From Escherichia coli (GTDB taxonomy: Bacteria > Pseudomonadota > Gammaproteobacteria > Enterobacterales > Enterobacteriaceae): a stretch of 64,000 nucleotides of DNA. A model generated the notes under the pieces. That model did not search any database, was not told where the DNA came from, and saw nothing but the letters and a program-made list of their open reading frames with translations. The stretch lies in NCBI RefSeq assembly GCF_013122565.1, contig NZ_CP053258.1; one strand, written 5' to 3'. Position numbers and translations under genes: made by a program. Positions 26,825 through 40,540 of the stretch are shown one piece after another. Positions within the stretch are counted from its first letter, which is position 1; each line of letters starts with the position of its first letter.

Positions 26825-26865
26825 CCGTTGGCACAGGTTTGAACAACGTAACAGTACAATATGAA

Positions 26866-27795
26866 TTACTTCTCTTTCCCGCGCCCATGCATCTCCTGAA
26901 ACAATTTACCGACCTCAACAAAATAATCCGTCAGCGAGTTGATCACGACCTGTACCTTCAGCGGCAGTTTATCTTTTTCGGTATACAACGCATAAACCGG
27001 GCGTGGATCTGACTGGTAACGCGGCAGCAGGATCTCCAGCTCCCCACGATTGATCTCGTTGATCACCCACATCAGCGGCACGTAGGCGATCCCGGCACCC
27101 GCCGTCAGCCAGCGCACCAGCGTCATCGGATCATTAGTCACAAATCTTCCTTGTGGGATCAGGCGAGTCGAGATCCCTTCCGGTGCGATCAGTTCAAATT
27201 CATTGTCGGGCCGCACGCTGTATTCAAGCCATGAATGACTACTCAAATCGGCGGGTTTTTCCGGTATGCCGTATTGTGTGAGATAGCTTTTCGCGGCGCA
27301 CACCACCATCGGCATCGCGCCAAGACGGCGGGAAAACAGGCTGGAATCCTGCAACGCGCCGACGCGGATCACCACATCCAGACCATCGGCAATCAGGTCG
27401 GGGGCAGGAATTCCGGTAACCAGATTGACGCTCAAACCTGGGTATTCTTTCAGCATTTTTGCTGTCAGCCCGGCGAGAACATTTTGTGCCATAGTTGAAG
27501 AACAGCCAATGCGCAGCGTCCCGATGGGGGTGTTATTGAAGGCATACAGTTGCTCATGAACATCCTGCACTTCATGAAGCATACGACGGCAGCCCTGGTA
27601 GTAAATTCTACCGGCTTCGGTCAGGCCAATGCTGCGTGTGCTACGGTTTAACAGCTTTACCTGCAACTCATCTTCCAGTTTTGACACCGTCTGACTGATG
27701 GACGAAACGCTCATCTGTAGCTGTCTGGCGGCGGCGGTAAAAGAGCCAAATTCAACTACTTTGGCAAACACCGACATGCGTTTTAGTCGTTCCAT
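26866..27795 (-). CDS. aaeR: LysR-family regulator AaeR
   Basis: 309-aa LysR-type regulator (N-terminal HTH) divergent from aaeXAB. Confidence 0.9.
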   Translation of the reverse strand: MERLKRMSVFAKVVEFGSFTAAARQLQMSVSSISQTVSKLEDELQVKLLNRSTRSIGLTEAGRIYYQGCRRMLHEVQDVHEQLYAFNNTPIGTLRIGCSSTMAQNVLAGLTAKMLKEYPGLSVNLVTGIPAPDLIADGLDVVIRVGALQDSSLFSRRLGAMPMVVCAAKSYLTQYGIPEKPADLSSHSWLEYSVRPDNEFELIAPEGISTRLIPQGRFVTNDPMTLVRWLTAGAGIAYVPLMWVINEINRGELEILLPRYQSDPRPVYALYTEKDKLPLKVQVVINSLTDYFVEVGKLFQEMHGRGKEK

Positions 27796-27977
27796 TATTC
27801 ACTCTGACTTAAAAGTGATTTAGATCACATAATATAGATAACAGCATAACAGTTACGCTAATATATTAAATATCAATCTACAGCAATGTTGCTCTCGCCC
27901 GGCTTTCCATGCCCTTCTCTGCGGCGACAGATGCTGAAAATAATAACGCCTGCTCTCTCTTTACAACCAAGGTCAAC

Positions 27978-28181
27978 ATGAGTCTGTTTCCCGTTATCGT
28001 GGTGTTTGGGCTGTCCTTCCCACCGATATTTTTTGAATTGCTTTTATCACTGGCGATTTTCTGGCTGGTGCGCCGGGTACTTGTGCCAACAGGTATCTAC
28101 GACTTTGTCTGGCATCCGGCGTTGTTCAACACCGCACTCTATTGCTGCTTGTTTTATTTGATATCGCGACTGTTCGTTTGA
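27978..28181 (+). CDS. aaeX: Small membrane protein AaeX
   Basis: 67-aa product [31 protein letters not shown]...; track ORF begins 23 codons upstream. Confidence 0.8.
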
Positions 28182-28188
28182 GGTTGAA

Positions 28189-29121
28189 GTGAAAACACTA
28201 ATAAGAAAATTCTCCCGTACGGCCATCACGGTCGTATTAGTCATTCTGGCCTTCATCGCAATTTTTAATGCCTGGGTCTATTACACCGAATCCCCCTGGA
28301 CGCGTGACGCGCGCTTTAGCGCTGACGTCGTTGCGATCGCGCCGGACGTTTCTGGACTCATTACCCAGGTGAATGTTCATGATAACCAGCTGGTGAAAAA
28401 AGGACAGGTACTGTTCACCATCGACCAGCCGCGCTATCAAAAGGCGCTTGAGGAAGCGCAAGCCGATGTTGCTTATTATCAGGTACTGGCACAGGAGAAA
28501 CGCCAGGAGGCCGGACGTCGTAACCGTCTCGGTGTGCAGGCGATGTCTCGCGAAGAGATCGACCAGGCCAACAACGTACTACAAACAGTTCTGCATCAGT
28601 TAGCGAAAGCGCAGGCGACCCGCGATCTGGCAAAACTGGATCTTGAACGCACGGTGATCCGCGCGCCAGCAGATGGCTGGGTGACCAACCTCAACGTCTA
28701 TACCGGTGAGTTTATTACTCGAGGATCAACGGCGGTTGCGCTGGTGAAACAGAACTCCTTCTATGTACTGGCCTATATGGAAGAAACTAAGCTGGAAGGG
28801 GTGCGCCCTGGGTATCGTGCAGAGATCACGCCGCTTGGCAGTAACAAAGTGCTGAAAGGGACTGTTGATAGTGTTGCTGCAGGGGTCACCAACGCCAGCA
28901 GCACGCGTGACGACAAAGGGATGGCGACTATAGACTCTAACCTTGAATGGGTGCGTCTTGCGCAACGTGTTCCGGTTCGTATTCGTCTCGACAACCAGCA
29001 AGAGAACATCTGGCCTGCGGGCACCACTGCTACAGTGGTGGTCACTGGCAAACAAGATCGCGACGAAAGCCAGGATTCGTTCTTCCGTAAAATGGCCCAT
29101 CGCCTGCGTGAGTTTGGTTAA
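28189..29121 (+). CDS. aaeA: p-Hydroxybenzoic acid efflux pump subunit AaeA (membrane fusion protein)
   Basis: 310-aa HlyD-family-like ORF with N-terminal TM. Confidence 0.9.
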
Positions 29122-29126
29122 TCACG

Positions 29127-31094
29127 ATGGGTATTTTCTCCATTGCTAATCAACATATTCGCTTTGCGGTAAAACTGGCGACCGCCATTGTACTGGCGCT
29201 GTTTGTTGGCTTTCACTTCCAGCTGGAAACGCCACGCTGGGCGGTACTGACAGCGGCGATTGTTGCCGCCGGTCCGGCCTTTGCTGCGGGAGGTGAACCG
29301 TATTCTGGCGCTATTCGCTATCGTGGCTTTTTGCGCATCATCGGCACATTTATTGGCTGTATTGCCGGACTGGTGATCATCATTGCGATGATCCGCGCAC
29401 CATTATTGATGATTCTGGTGTGCTGTATCTGGGCCGGTTTTTGTACCTGGATATCCTCGCTGGTACGAATAGAAAACTCGTATGCGTGGGGGCTGGCCGG
29501 TTATACCGCGCTGATCATTGTGATCACCATTCAGCCGGAACCATTGCTTACGCCGCAGTTTGCCGTCGAACGTTGTAGCGAGATCGTTATCGGTATTGTG
29601 TGTGCCATTATGGCGGATTTGCTCTTTTCTCCGCGATCGATCAAACAAGAAGTGGATCGAGAGCTGGAAAGTTTGCTGGTCGCGCAATATCAATTAATGC
29701 AACTCTGTATCAAGCATGGCGATGGTGAAGTTGTCGATAAAGCCTGGGGCGACCTGGTGCGACGCACCACGGCACTACAAGGCATGCGCAGCAACCTGAA
29801 TATGGAATCTTCCCGCTGGGCGCGGGCCAATCGACGTTTAAAAGCGATCAATACGCTATCGCTGACGCTGATTACCCAATCCTGCGAAACTTATCTTATT
29901 CAGAATACGCGCCCGGAATTGATCACTGATACTTTCCGCGAATTTTTTGACACGCCGGTAGAAACCGCGCAGGACGTCCACAAGCAGCTCAAACGCCTGC
30001 GGAGAGTTATCGCCTGGACCGGGGAACGGGAAACGCCTGTCACCATTTATAGCTGGGTCGCGGCGGCAACGCGTTATCAGCTTCTCAAGCGCGGCGTTAT
30101 CAGTAACACAAAAATCAACGCCACCGAAGAAGAGATCCTGCAAGGCGAACCGGAAGTCAAAGTAGAGTCAGCCGAACGTCATCATGCAATGGTTAACTTC
30201 TGGCGAACCACACTTTCCTGCATTCTGGGCACGCTTTTCTGGCTGTGGACGGGCTGGACTTCCGGCAGTGGTGCAATGGTGATGATTGCGGTAGTGACGT
30301 CACTGGCAATGCGTTTGCCGAATCCACGCATGGTGGCGATCGACTTTATCTACGGGACGCTGGCAGCGCTGCCGTTAGGGCTGCTTTACTTTTTGGTGAT
30401 TATCCCTAATACCCAACAGAGCATGTTGCTGCTGTGTATTAGCCTGGCAGTGCTGGGATTCTTCCTCGGTATAGAAGTACAGAAACGGCGACTGGGCTCG
30501 ATGGGGGCACTGGCTAGCACCATAAATATTATCGTGCTGGATAACCCGATGACTTTCCATTTCAGTCAGTTTCTCGACAGCGCATTAGGGCAAATCGTCG
30601 GCTGTGTGCTCGCGTTCACCGTTATTTTGCTGGTGCGGGATAAATCGCGCGACAGGACTGGACGTGTACTGCTTAATCAGTTTGTTTCTGCTGCTGTTTC
30701 CGCGATGACTACCAATGTGGCACGTCGTAAAGAGAACCACCTCCCGGCACTTTATCAGCAGCTGTTTTTGCTGATGAATAAGTTCCCAGGGGATTTGCCG
30801 AAATTTCGCCTGGCGCTGACGATGATTATCGCGCACCAGCGCCTGCGTGATGCGCCGATCCCGGTTAACGAGGATTTATCGGCGTTTCACCGACAAATGC
30901 GCCGCACAGCAGACCATGTAATATCTGCCCGTAGCGATGATAAACGTCGTCGGTACTTTGGCCAGTTGCTGGAAGAACTTGAAATCTACCAGGAAAAGCT
31001 ACGCATCTGGCAAGCGCCACCGCAGGTGACGGAACCGGTTCATCGGCTGGCGGGGATGCTCCATAAGTATCAACATGCGTTGACCGATAGTTAA
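29127..31094 (+). CDS. aaeB: p-Hydroxybenzoic acid efflux pump subunit AaeB
   Basis: 655-aa multi-TM ORF immediately downstream of aaeA. Confidence 0.9.
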
Positions 31095-31098
31095 GTCA

Positions 31099-31128
31099 AA
31101 ACCGACGCCAAAAGCGTCGGTTTTTTCA
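31099..31128 (+). terminator. Rho-independent terminator after aaeB
   Basis: Stem AACCGACGC / GCGTCGGTT with CAAAA loop, followed by TTTTTTC. Confidence 0.65.
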
Positions 31129-31185
31129 TGGCTATACTTAGCGATGAACGGCAGAACTCGCCGTGAAACGTGACGGTGGCAACAG

Positions 31186-31458
31186 ATGAATATTTATACC
31201 TTTGATTTTGATGAGATTGAGAGTCAGGAGGATTTTTATCGTGACTTTAGCCAAACCTTTGGTCTGGCGAAAGAAAAGGTACGCGATCTCGACTCACTAT
31301 GGGATGTGTTAATGAACGATGTCCTGCCGCTACCACTTGAGATTGAATTTGTTCATCTGGGAGAGAAAACGCGTCGCCGTTTTGGCGCGTTAATATTGCT
31401 GTTTGATGAGGCAGAGGAAGAGCTGGAAGGGCATTTGCGTTTTAATGTTCGTCATTAG
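31186..31458 (+). CDS. yhcO: Barstar-like protein YhcO
   Basis: 90-aa [30 protein letters not shown]..., barstar-like family. Confidence 0.8.
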   Translation: MNIYTFDFDEIESQEDFYRDFSQTFGLAKEKVRDLDSLWDVLMNDVLPLPLEIEFVHLGEKTRRRFGALILLFDEAEEELEGHLRFNVRH

Positions 31459-31461
31459 CGC

Positions 31462-31486
31462 AAAAAAAAGCCCCCGAACCGGGGGC
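31462..31486 (-). terminator. Terminator between convergent yhcO and yhcN (best on the minus strand, for yhcN)
   Basis: Stem GCCCCCG / CGGGGGC flanked by an A8 run, which gives a U-tract on the minus strand. Confidence 0.55.
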
Positions 31487-31513
31487 AATATCGTCGGACA
31501 AGACGATGAGGGT

Positions 31514-31777
31514 TTATTTGTACAGTTCAGCCGTAGCGTGCCAGGTGTCACCGCTACGAGCTTCAGTAATCTGGTAGGCCGTTGCGCCTTTTTCTTCCGC
31601 TTTTTTGTTCAGCATTTCACGCATATCCATTGGCGAAGACGCCACACCACTTACGGATACGGTCCCGATTGCTTCACGATTTTGTGCTTGTGCAGCATCA
31701 ATGGAGTCGGCAGCGAATGCACCGAAAGAGAGAACAGAAAGTACGCTTAATGCAGCAACAGTGGTTTTGATTTTCAT
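31514..31777 (-). CDS. yhcN: Periplasmic stress-response protein YhcN (DUF1471 family)
   Basis: 87-aa product MKIKTTVAALSVLSVLSFGAFA... with signal peptide; GAGGT RBS; track ORF longer. Confidence 0.8.
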   Translation of the reverse strand: MKIKTTVAALSVLSVLSFGAFAADSIDAAQAQNREAIGTVSVSGVASSPMDMREMLNKKAEEKGATAYQITEARSGDTWHATAELYK

Positions 31778-32142
31778 GATTTTTACCTCGACATAATCTT
31801 TTAGCTGGGTCTTTGTTTCGTGACCCATATCACAAAATCAAGTATACACTAATTATTGAACTAATTAATACCACGCTAACTGTTTCAGTTGATACTAAGT
31901 GTTAAAAATGTGAGTTTTAATAACAAAATAGAATTAAAAACACGGTCATTTCTAATTAATCCTAGTTTTTTCAATTAGATAATGAATTTTGCATAATGTG
32001 CTTTTTTTACCGAATGTATTCATTGTGTGAATGATATGTCGCGGTAAAACGCACTATTCGTTAAATGAAACGCAGGGGGAAAGCAGGGGATTGAGAGGGA
32101 TAAGCAACATTTTCCCCGCCGTCAGAAACGACGGGGCAGAGA

Positions 32143-32616
<474 letters not shown>

Positions 32617-32639
32617 TCACCCGATATGGTGGTTGATAC

Positions 32640-32680
32640 AACATTATTGTGCATACAGATGAATTTTTATGCAAACAGTC
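32640..32680 (-). promoter_or_regulatory. Candidate ARG boxes (ArgR autoregulation) upstream of argR
   Basis: TGCATACAGATGAATTTTTATGCAAA approximates the ARG box half-sites TGAAT-wwww-ATTCA; position relative to the promoter not verified. Confidence 0.45.
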
Positions 32681-32972
32681 AGCCCTGAAGAAGGCTGAAA
32701 TAATGTTATGAAAGAGCGGGATTTTATCAAATTTCGTTATTGAGAAACATGCCTGCGTCACGGCCTGCAAATTCTGCTTAAAAGTAAATTAATTGTTATC
32801 AAATTGATGTTGTTTTGGCTGAACGGTAGGGTATATTGTCACCACCTGTTGGAATGTTGCGCTAATGCATAAGCGACTGTTAATTACGTAAGTTAGGTTC
32901 CTGATTACGGCAATTAAATGCATAAACGCTAAACTTGCGTGACTACACATTCTTGAGATGTGGTCATTGTAA

Positions 32973-33986
<1,014 letters not shown>

Positions 33987-34002
33987 TTGATTAGCGGATA
34001 AT

Positions 34003-34033
34003 AAAAAACCGGAGCACAGACTCCGGTTTTTTT
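34003..34033. terminator. Bidirectional rho-independent terminator between mdh and degS
   Basis: Stem CCGGAG / CTCCGG with A6 upstream and T7 downstream. Confidence 0.7.
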
Positions 34034-34049
34034 GTCTTTCACGCTGGCC

Positions 34050-35117
34050 TTAATTGGTTGCCGGATATTCCTGAATGGTGACCTGCAGCGTTAACTGCTT
34101 ATCATCACGCATCACTACAACAGGGATCACCGAACCAGGGCGAATTTCCGCCACCTGATCCATCGTCTCCAGAGCAGAGATGGCCGGTTTGTTATCAACC
34201 GAAATAATCAAATCGTTGACCTGAATACCCGCATTCGCCGCCGGGCCGTCAGGTGACACTTCATTAACCACGATCCCTTGCAGTTGATCTATACCACCGC
34301 CCTGCGCGTGCAGTGGTGCGATCTCTCGTCCACCAATACCAATGTAGCCGCGGATCACGCGACCATCGCGGATCAGCTTATCCATAATTTTGGTTGCTAA
34401 CTGGAAAGGAATCGCAAAGCCGATACCTTCCGGCGTTTCGCCATCGTTACTCTTATCAAACGACAGCGTGTTAATGCCCATCAGTTCACCCAGCGAGTTC
34501 ACCAGCGCGCCGCCAGAGTTACCGTGGTTAATGGAAGCATCGGTTTGCAGGAAGTTTTGCCGCCCGGTCGGGTTCAGACCGATTCGACCCGTGGCACTAA
34601 TAATCCCCTGGGTAATGGTCTGCCCGAGGTTGTACGGGTTACCGATCGCCAGTACTACGTCGCCAATGTGCGGTACGCGACGTGCATTGATTGGAATGGT
34701 AGGTAAACCGCCAGTGGCATTAATTTTAAGTACCGCCAGATCGGTTAGAGAGTCAGATCCCACCAGCAATGCTTCAAATACACGTCCATCCTGTAAGGCG
34801 ACGATGATCTGATCGGCGTCGTTGATGACGTGTTTATTGGTGATGATATAACCGCGTTGATCCATGATTACACCGGATCCCAGGGTGCGGATCTCAAGCT
34901 GGTTGTGAGAGTTGGTGTTCAAACCACGGTTGTAAACGTTAACCACCGCTGGCGCGGCGCGGCGAACCGCCAGATTATAACTGGCAGGCGTCTCATCGGT
35001 ACTGTCAAATTGCGGAGTGGAAAGCGGGTTAAGGCTGCGCAGCGAAGGCATGGCAACCAGCAGAATAGCGCCGACAATTAATCCAATCGCAACGGAACGT
35101 AAGAGCTTCACAAACAT
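34050..35117 (-). CDS. degS: Periplasmic serine endoprotease DegS
   Basis: 355 aa; N-terminal TM, trypsin-like domain (GNSGGAL), one PDZ domain. Confidence 0.95.
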   Translation of the reverse strand: MFVKLLRSVAIGLIVGAILLVAMPSLRSLNPLSTPQFDSTDETPASYNLAVRRAAPAVVNVYNRGLNTNSHNQLEIRTLGSGVIMDQRGYIITNKHVINDADQIIVALQDGRVFEALLVGSDSLTDLAVLKINATGGLPTIPINARRVPHIGDVVLAIGNPYNLGQTITQGIISATGRIGLNPTGRQNFLQTDASINHGNSGGALVNSLGELMGINTLSFDKSNDGETPEGIGFAIPFQLATKIMDKLIRDGRVIRGYIGIGGREIAPLHAQGGGIDQLQGIVVNEVSPDGPAANAGIQVNDLIISVDNKPAISALETMDQVAEIRPGSVIPVVVMRDDKQLTLQVTIQEYPATN

Positions 35118-35206
35118 GATGGAGGCGTCATTAAAAAAGGGAACGGCAGCAGCATACCACGAGTTAACCGGACATCACACGTCAGCCTGATGCCCGGTTT
35201 ACGACA

Positions 35207-36574
35207 TTAACGCATCAGCAGATAGATGCTTTCATTGCCGCGTACAATTTGCAGGGCGATGATGGCCGGTTTTGCCGCCAGCACTTTACGCATTTCAGCA
35301 ATCGAGTTCACCCGATCGCGGTTGACGCCAATGATCACATCGTCTTTTTGCAAGCCAGCCTGAGCAGCTGGGCTTCCTTTGACAACTTCATCGATCTTAA
35401 TACCTTTGCCGCCATCTTTTAGCTGACCATCGCTCAACGTTGCACCTTCCAGCGCTGGTGTGATCATTTCAGCGCTGGCCGACGAAGAGGTGCTGGTATC
35501 AAGCGTCACTTCTACTTCCAGTGGTTTGCCGTTACGCAGCAGGCCAAGTTTCACTTTTGTGCCCGGCTCGGTGGTCGCGATACGAGAGCGCAACTCAGCA
35601 AAGCTATTCAGCGGTTTGCCGTTGAGGCTGGTAATAATATCGCCCGCTTTGACGCCCGCTTTTGCCGAGCCAGAACCAGGCAACACTTCGCTGACAAACG
35701 CGCCACGCTGCACGTCAAGGTTGAAGGCTTTGGCGATATCGGCACTCATCTCGGTGCCTTTGATGCCTAACAAACCGCGTTTGATTTCACCAAAGTCGAT
35801 AAGCTGCTGCGCCAGTGTTCGCGCCATATTACTGGGGATGGCAAATCCAATCCCGACGCTCCCGCCGCCAGGCGCAAGGATTGCAGTGTTGATGCCAATT
35901 AACTCACCGTTAAGGTTTAACAGTGCACCGCCGGAGTTACCGCGGTTAATGGAAGCATCTGTCTGGATAAAGTTTTCCAGACCTTCAAGATTCAACCCAC
36001 TGCGGCCTAATGCGGAAACAATGCCAGAGGTGGCGGTTTGCCCAAGGCCAAATGGGTTACCGACCGCCACGGCAAAATCACCGACGCGCAATTTATCGGA
36101 GTCGGCAATAGCGATTTGCGTTAATTTGCTCGGGTTTTGAATTTGCAACAGGGCGATATCGCTCTGGTCATCGCTACCAATCAGTTTTGCATCAAACTCG
36201 CGCCCATCATTGAGCTGAATACTGATTTTCTGTGCCTGATTAATCACATGGTTGTTGGTAAGCACATAGCCTTTACTTGCGTTGATGATGACACCGGAGC
36301 CTAAACCTTCGAAGGGTTGTGCAGGTTGATCCGGTAAATCATCACCAAAAAACTTTTTGAATTCTTCCGGGATTTTCTGTCCCTGACTGGCCGTTCCTTC
36401 CACCCGTACGCTCACCACTGCCGGAAGCACTTTTTCCAGCATTGGAGCCAGACTGGGGAGGGGGGCCTGATCGGCAACCTGGCCTGGAATCGACGCGACG
36501 GCCTGAAATGACGCCGAGAGAGTTAACCCGACACTTAACGCTAATGCACTCAACAGCTGGGTTTGTTTTTTCAT
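35207..36574 (-). CDS. degQ: Periplasmic serine endoprotease DegQ
   Basis: 455-aa product MKKQTQLLSALALSVGLTLSASFQAVA... with signal peptide, trypsin-like domain and two PDZ domains. Confidence 0.9.
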   Translation of the reverse strand: MKKQTQLLSALALSVGLTLSASFQAVASIPGQVADQAPLPSLAPMLEKVLPAVVSVRVEGTASQGQKIPEEFKKFFGDDLPDQPAQPFEGLGSGVIINASKGYVLTNNHVINQAQKISIQLNDGREFDAKLIGSDDQSDIALLQIQNPSKLTQIAIADSDKLRVGDFAVAVGNPFGLGQTATSGIVSALGRSGLNLEGLENFIQTDASINRGNSGGALLNLNGELIGINTAILAPGGGSVGIGFAIPSNMARTLAQQLIDFGEIKRGLLGIKGTEMSADIAKAFNLDVQRGAFVSEVLPGSGSAKAGVKAGDIITSLNGKPLNSFAELRSRIATTEPGTKVKLGLLRNGKPLEVEVTLDTSTSSSASAEMITPALEGATLSDGQLKDGGKGIKIDEVVKGSPAAQAGLQKDDVIIGVNRDRVNSIAEMRKVLAAKPAIIALQIVRGNESIYLLMR

Positions 36575-36727
36575 TATTCCTGCTCTCGTACCTGAATGAT
36601 AAGAAAAGAGATTCAAAACAGTTTGATGTTATTGAATTTTCAGACGGCTAACAATGAGACACCAGATTAAATGATAGTCGGGGAGGGAGAGAAGAGGAGG
36701 GCGCAATGGCTGCGCCCGAAAAATAAA

Positions 36728-37126
36728 TTAGTCGCGCTTCGCGCCAGTACGCAGCAGGCCGGATGCGCCTTCAGAATAGTCGCGAGGCATCTGCACCGGT
36801 GCCTGATCGTTGCTGGCTTCAGACTCTGCCAGACGATTACGGAACGGGTTTGCTTCAGCAGACAGTTCCGGCAGCAGGCTGCTGGAGCTTTTCGCCATGT
36901 GCTGATACAGCTGGCGATAGTCGTGCGCCATGGTATCCAGTAATTCCGCGCTGCGGGCAAAGTGGCTAACCAGCTCTTCGCGATACTCGTCCAGTTCAGC
37001 TTTATTCTTTTCCAGTTCGTACTGCAACGCCTGTTGCTGGCGTAGTTTACGATTACCAAAACGCATGGCCACAGCACCAATAATGATGCCGACGACTAAC
37101 CCAATTAGCGCATATTCCCAGGTCAT
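36728..37126 (-). CDS. yhcB: Inner-membrane protein YhcB (DUF1043)
   Basis: 132-aa product MTWEYALIGLVVGIIIGAVAMRF...; second ATG chosen for RBS spacing. Confidence 0.85.
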   Translation of the reverse strand: MTWEYALIGLVVGIIIGAVAMRFGNRKLRQQQALQYELEKNKAELDEYREELVSHFARSAELLDTMAHDYRQLYQHMAKSSSSLLPELSAEANPFRNRLAESEASNDQAPVQMPRDYSEGASGLLRTGAKRD

Positions 37127-37319
37127 GAACATCTCCCGTTGTCTTTTGTTTCCGTAGGGTGTTGGCTTCAGGCTCCATGCCTGCGGCTGATTATGCCACT
37201 ATAACCGTTAATTCCACAGAAGTGGAATCCCGACTGCATATCGCGTAGTGTAGAACGGCCTTTTTTTCGTCAACCGTGAACAACGGCGCACCGATTATTC
37301 AAGGAATAACAATAAGATC

Positions 37320-38447
37320 ATGCAAAGCGTTACCCCAACATCGCAATACCTGAAGGCGCTCAATGAAGGCAGCCATCAACCCGACGACGTTCAAAAAGAG
37401 GCCGTCAGCCGCCTGGAAATTATTTATCAGGAACTCATCAATAGCACGCCACCAGCCCCCAGGACGAGTGGGCTAATGGCGCGGGTCGGTAAGCTGTGGG
37501 GTAAACGCGAAGACACAAAGCATACGCCAGTGCGTGGCTTATATATGTGGGGCGGTGTAGGACGCGGGAAAACCTGGCTGATGGACCTTTTCTATCAAAG
37601 CCTGCCGGGAGAGCGGAAACAGCGCCTGCACTTTCACCGTTTTATGCTGCGGGTGCATGAAGAGCTAACTGCCTTACAGGGGCAGACCGATCCGCTGGAA
37701 ATTATTGCTGATCGCTTTAAAGCAGAAACTGACGTGCTCTGTTTTGACGAATTTTTTGTTTCTGATATTACCGACGCCATGCTACTTGGCGGTCTGATGA
37801 AAGCCCTGTTCACCCGCGGAATAACGCTGGTAGCGACGTCAAATATTCCGCCGGACGAACTTTATCGAAATGGCTTGCAACGTGCGCGTTTTCTGCCTGC
37901 AATCGATGCCATTAAACAGCATTGTGATGTAATGAACGTGGACGCTGGTGTTGATTATCGACTGCGTACACTCACTCAGGCGCATCTGTGGCTTTCGCCA
38001 CTCAACGGTGAAACCCGGGCGCAAATGGATAAACTATGGTTGGCGCTGGCGGGGGCGAAACGAGAAAATTCACCGACGTTAGAAATCAACCATCGGCCAT
38101 TGGCGACAATGGGCGTCGAGAACCAGACGCTGGCGGTCTCTTTTACTACGCTGTGCGTCGACGCCCGCAGTCAGCATGACTATATTGCGCTCTCACGTCT
38201 CTTTCATACGGTCATGTTGTTTGATGTACCAGTTATGACGCGGTTGATGGAGAGCGAAGCGCGGCGCTTTATTGCGCTGGTGGATGAGTTTTACGAGCGC
38301 CATGTCAAATTAGTGGTGAGTGCAGAAGTGCCGCTGTATGAAATTTATCAGGGCGAGCGACTTAAATTTGAGTTCCAGCGTTGCCTGTCACGTCTGCAAG
38401 AGATGCAAAGCGAAGAGTATCTGAAGCGCGAGCATTTAGCGGGTTAA
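37320..38447 (+). CDS. zapE: AFG1-like ATPase ZapE (YhcM)
   Basis: 375-aa ORF with Walker A GGVGRGKT. Confidence 0.9.
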   Translation: MQSVTPTSQYLKALNEGSHQPDDVQKEAVSRLEIIYQELINSTPPAPRTSGLMARVGKLWGKREDTKHTPVRGLYMWGGVGRGKTWLMDLFYQSLPGERKQRLHFHRFMLRVHEELTALQGQTDPLEIIADRFKAETDVLCFDEFFVSDITDAMLLGGLMKALFTRGITLVATSNIPPDELYRNGLQRARFLPAIDAIKQHCDVMNVDAGVDYRLRTLTQAHLWLSPLNGETRAQMDKLWLALAGAKRENSPTLEINHRPLATMGVENQTLAVSFTTLCVDARSQHDYIALSRLFHTVMLFDVPVMTRLMESEARRFIALVDEFYERHVKLVVSAEVPLYEIYQGERLKFEFQRCLSRLQEMQSEEYLKREHLAG

Positions 38448-38578
38448 AACCTGCCACAAATCACAAAAAGGGGTCGATCTTTGACCCCGACTTCTCTATA
38501 ATCCTGCGACCCCACGTTACAAGAAAGTTTTTTTCCCAAAACTTTTTGTGTGCTGGCATAGGCTATTCGAAGGGGTAG

Positions 38579-39094
<516 letters not shown>

Positions 39095-39106
39095 TCGGGA
39101 TTATAG

Positions 39107-39502
<396 letters not shown>

Positions 39503-39534
39503 TTGGCTTCTGCTCCGGCAGAAAACAATTTGCG

Positions 39535-39563
39535 AAAAAACCCGCTTCGGCGGGTTTTTTTAT
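39535..39563 (+). terminator. Rho-independent terminator after rpsI
   Basis: AAAAAA CCCGC TTCG GCGGG TTTTTTT. Confidence 0.75.
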
Positions 39564-39896
39564 GGCTAAATTCTGAATCAGCGTAAAAAATGGAAAGTTG
39601 CTTTTTGCTGCCGTCTGACAGACAGGTAAAACAAAAACCACATCGCCAATAAGGGACTAAGTCAACTATTTCAGACTAAAGCGCATCTCTTTTTCCCCAT
39701 TTCCGGCATCGACTCACCACAAAGGTCGCAAAATCTGGTAAACTATCATCCAATTTTCTGCCCAAATGTCGGGTATTGCTCATTTTTTGTTTGATTTTCG
39801 AACAAAGAGAGTCGTTCCTTACTGGGTAACACAACTTCTGACTGGCCACCTGGTGGCTGGTAGCAGTAAAAATTCTGACTATACCTGGAGGTTTTC

Positions 39897-40535
39897 ATGG
39901 CTGTCGCTGCCAACAAACGTTCGGTAATGACGCTGTTTTCCGGTCCTACTGACATCTATAGCCATCAGGTCCGCATTGTGCTGGCTGAGAAAGGTGTAAG
40001 TTTCGAGATCGAACACGTGGAAAAGGACAATCCGCCTCAGGATCTGATTGACCTCAACCCGAATCAGAGCGTTCCGACCCTGGTGGATCGTGAGCTGACC
40101 CTGTGGGAATCTCGCATCATTATGGAATATCTGGATGAGCGTTTCCCGCATCCGCCACTGATGCCTGTTTACCCGGTAGCTCGCGGTGAAAGCCGTCTGT
40201 ACATGCATCGCATCGAAAAAGACTGGTACACGCTGATGAACACCATCATCAACGGTTCAGCTTCTGAAGCAGATGCCGCACGTAAGCAACTGCGCGAAGA
40301 ACTGCTGGCGATTGCGCCGGTCTTCGGTCAGAAGCCGTACTTCCTGAGCGATGAGTTCAGCCTGGTCGATTGCTACCTTGCTCCGCTGCTGTGGCGTTTG
40401 CCGCAACTGGGCATCGAGTTCAGCGGCCCGGGTGCGAAAGAGCTGAAAGGCTATATGACCCGCGTCTTTGAGCGTGACTCTTTCCTTGCTTCTTTAACTG
40501 AAGCAGAACGTGAAATGCGTCTGGGCCGGAGTTAA
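39897..40535 (+). CDS. sspA: Stringent starvation protein A (GST-like)
   Basis: 212-aa GST-fold ORF MAVAANKRSVMTLFSG.... Confidence 0.95.
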   Translation: MAVAANKRSVMTLFSGPTDIYSHQVRIVLAEKGVSFEIEHVEKDNPPQDLIDLNPNQSVPTLVDRELTLWESRIIMEYLDERFPHPPLMPVYPVARGESRLYMHRIEKDWYTLMNTIINGSASEADAARKQLREELLAIAPVFGQKPYFLSDEFSLVDCYLAPLLWRLPQLGIEFSGPGAKELKGYMTRVFERDSFLASLTEAEREMRLGRS

Positions 40536-40540
40536 TCTGT

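Noticed and set aside
35460-36140. 226-aa plus-strand ORF inside degQ
   Set aside because: Antisense to degQ; shadow ORF.
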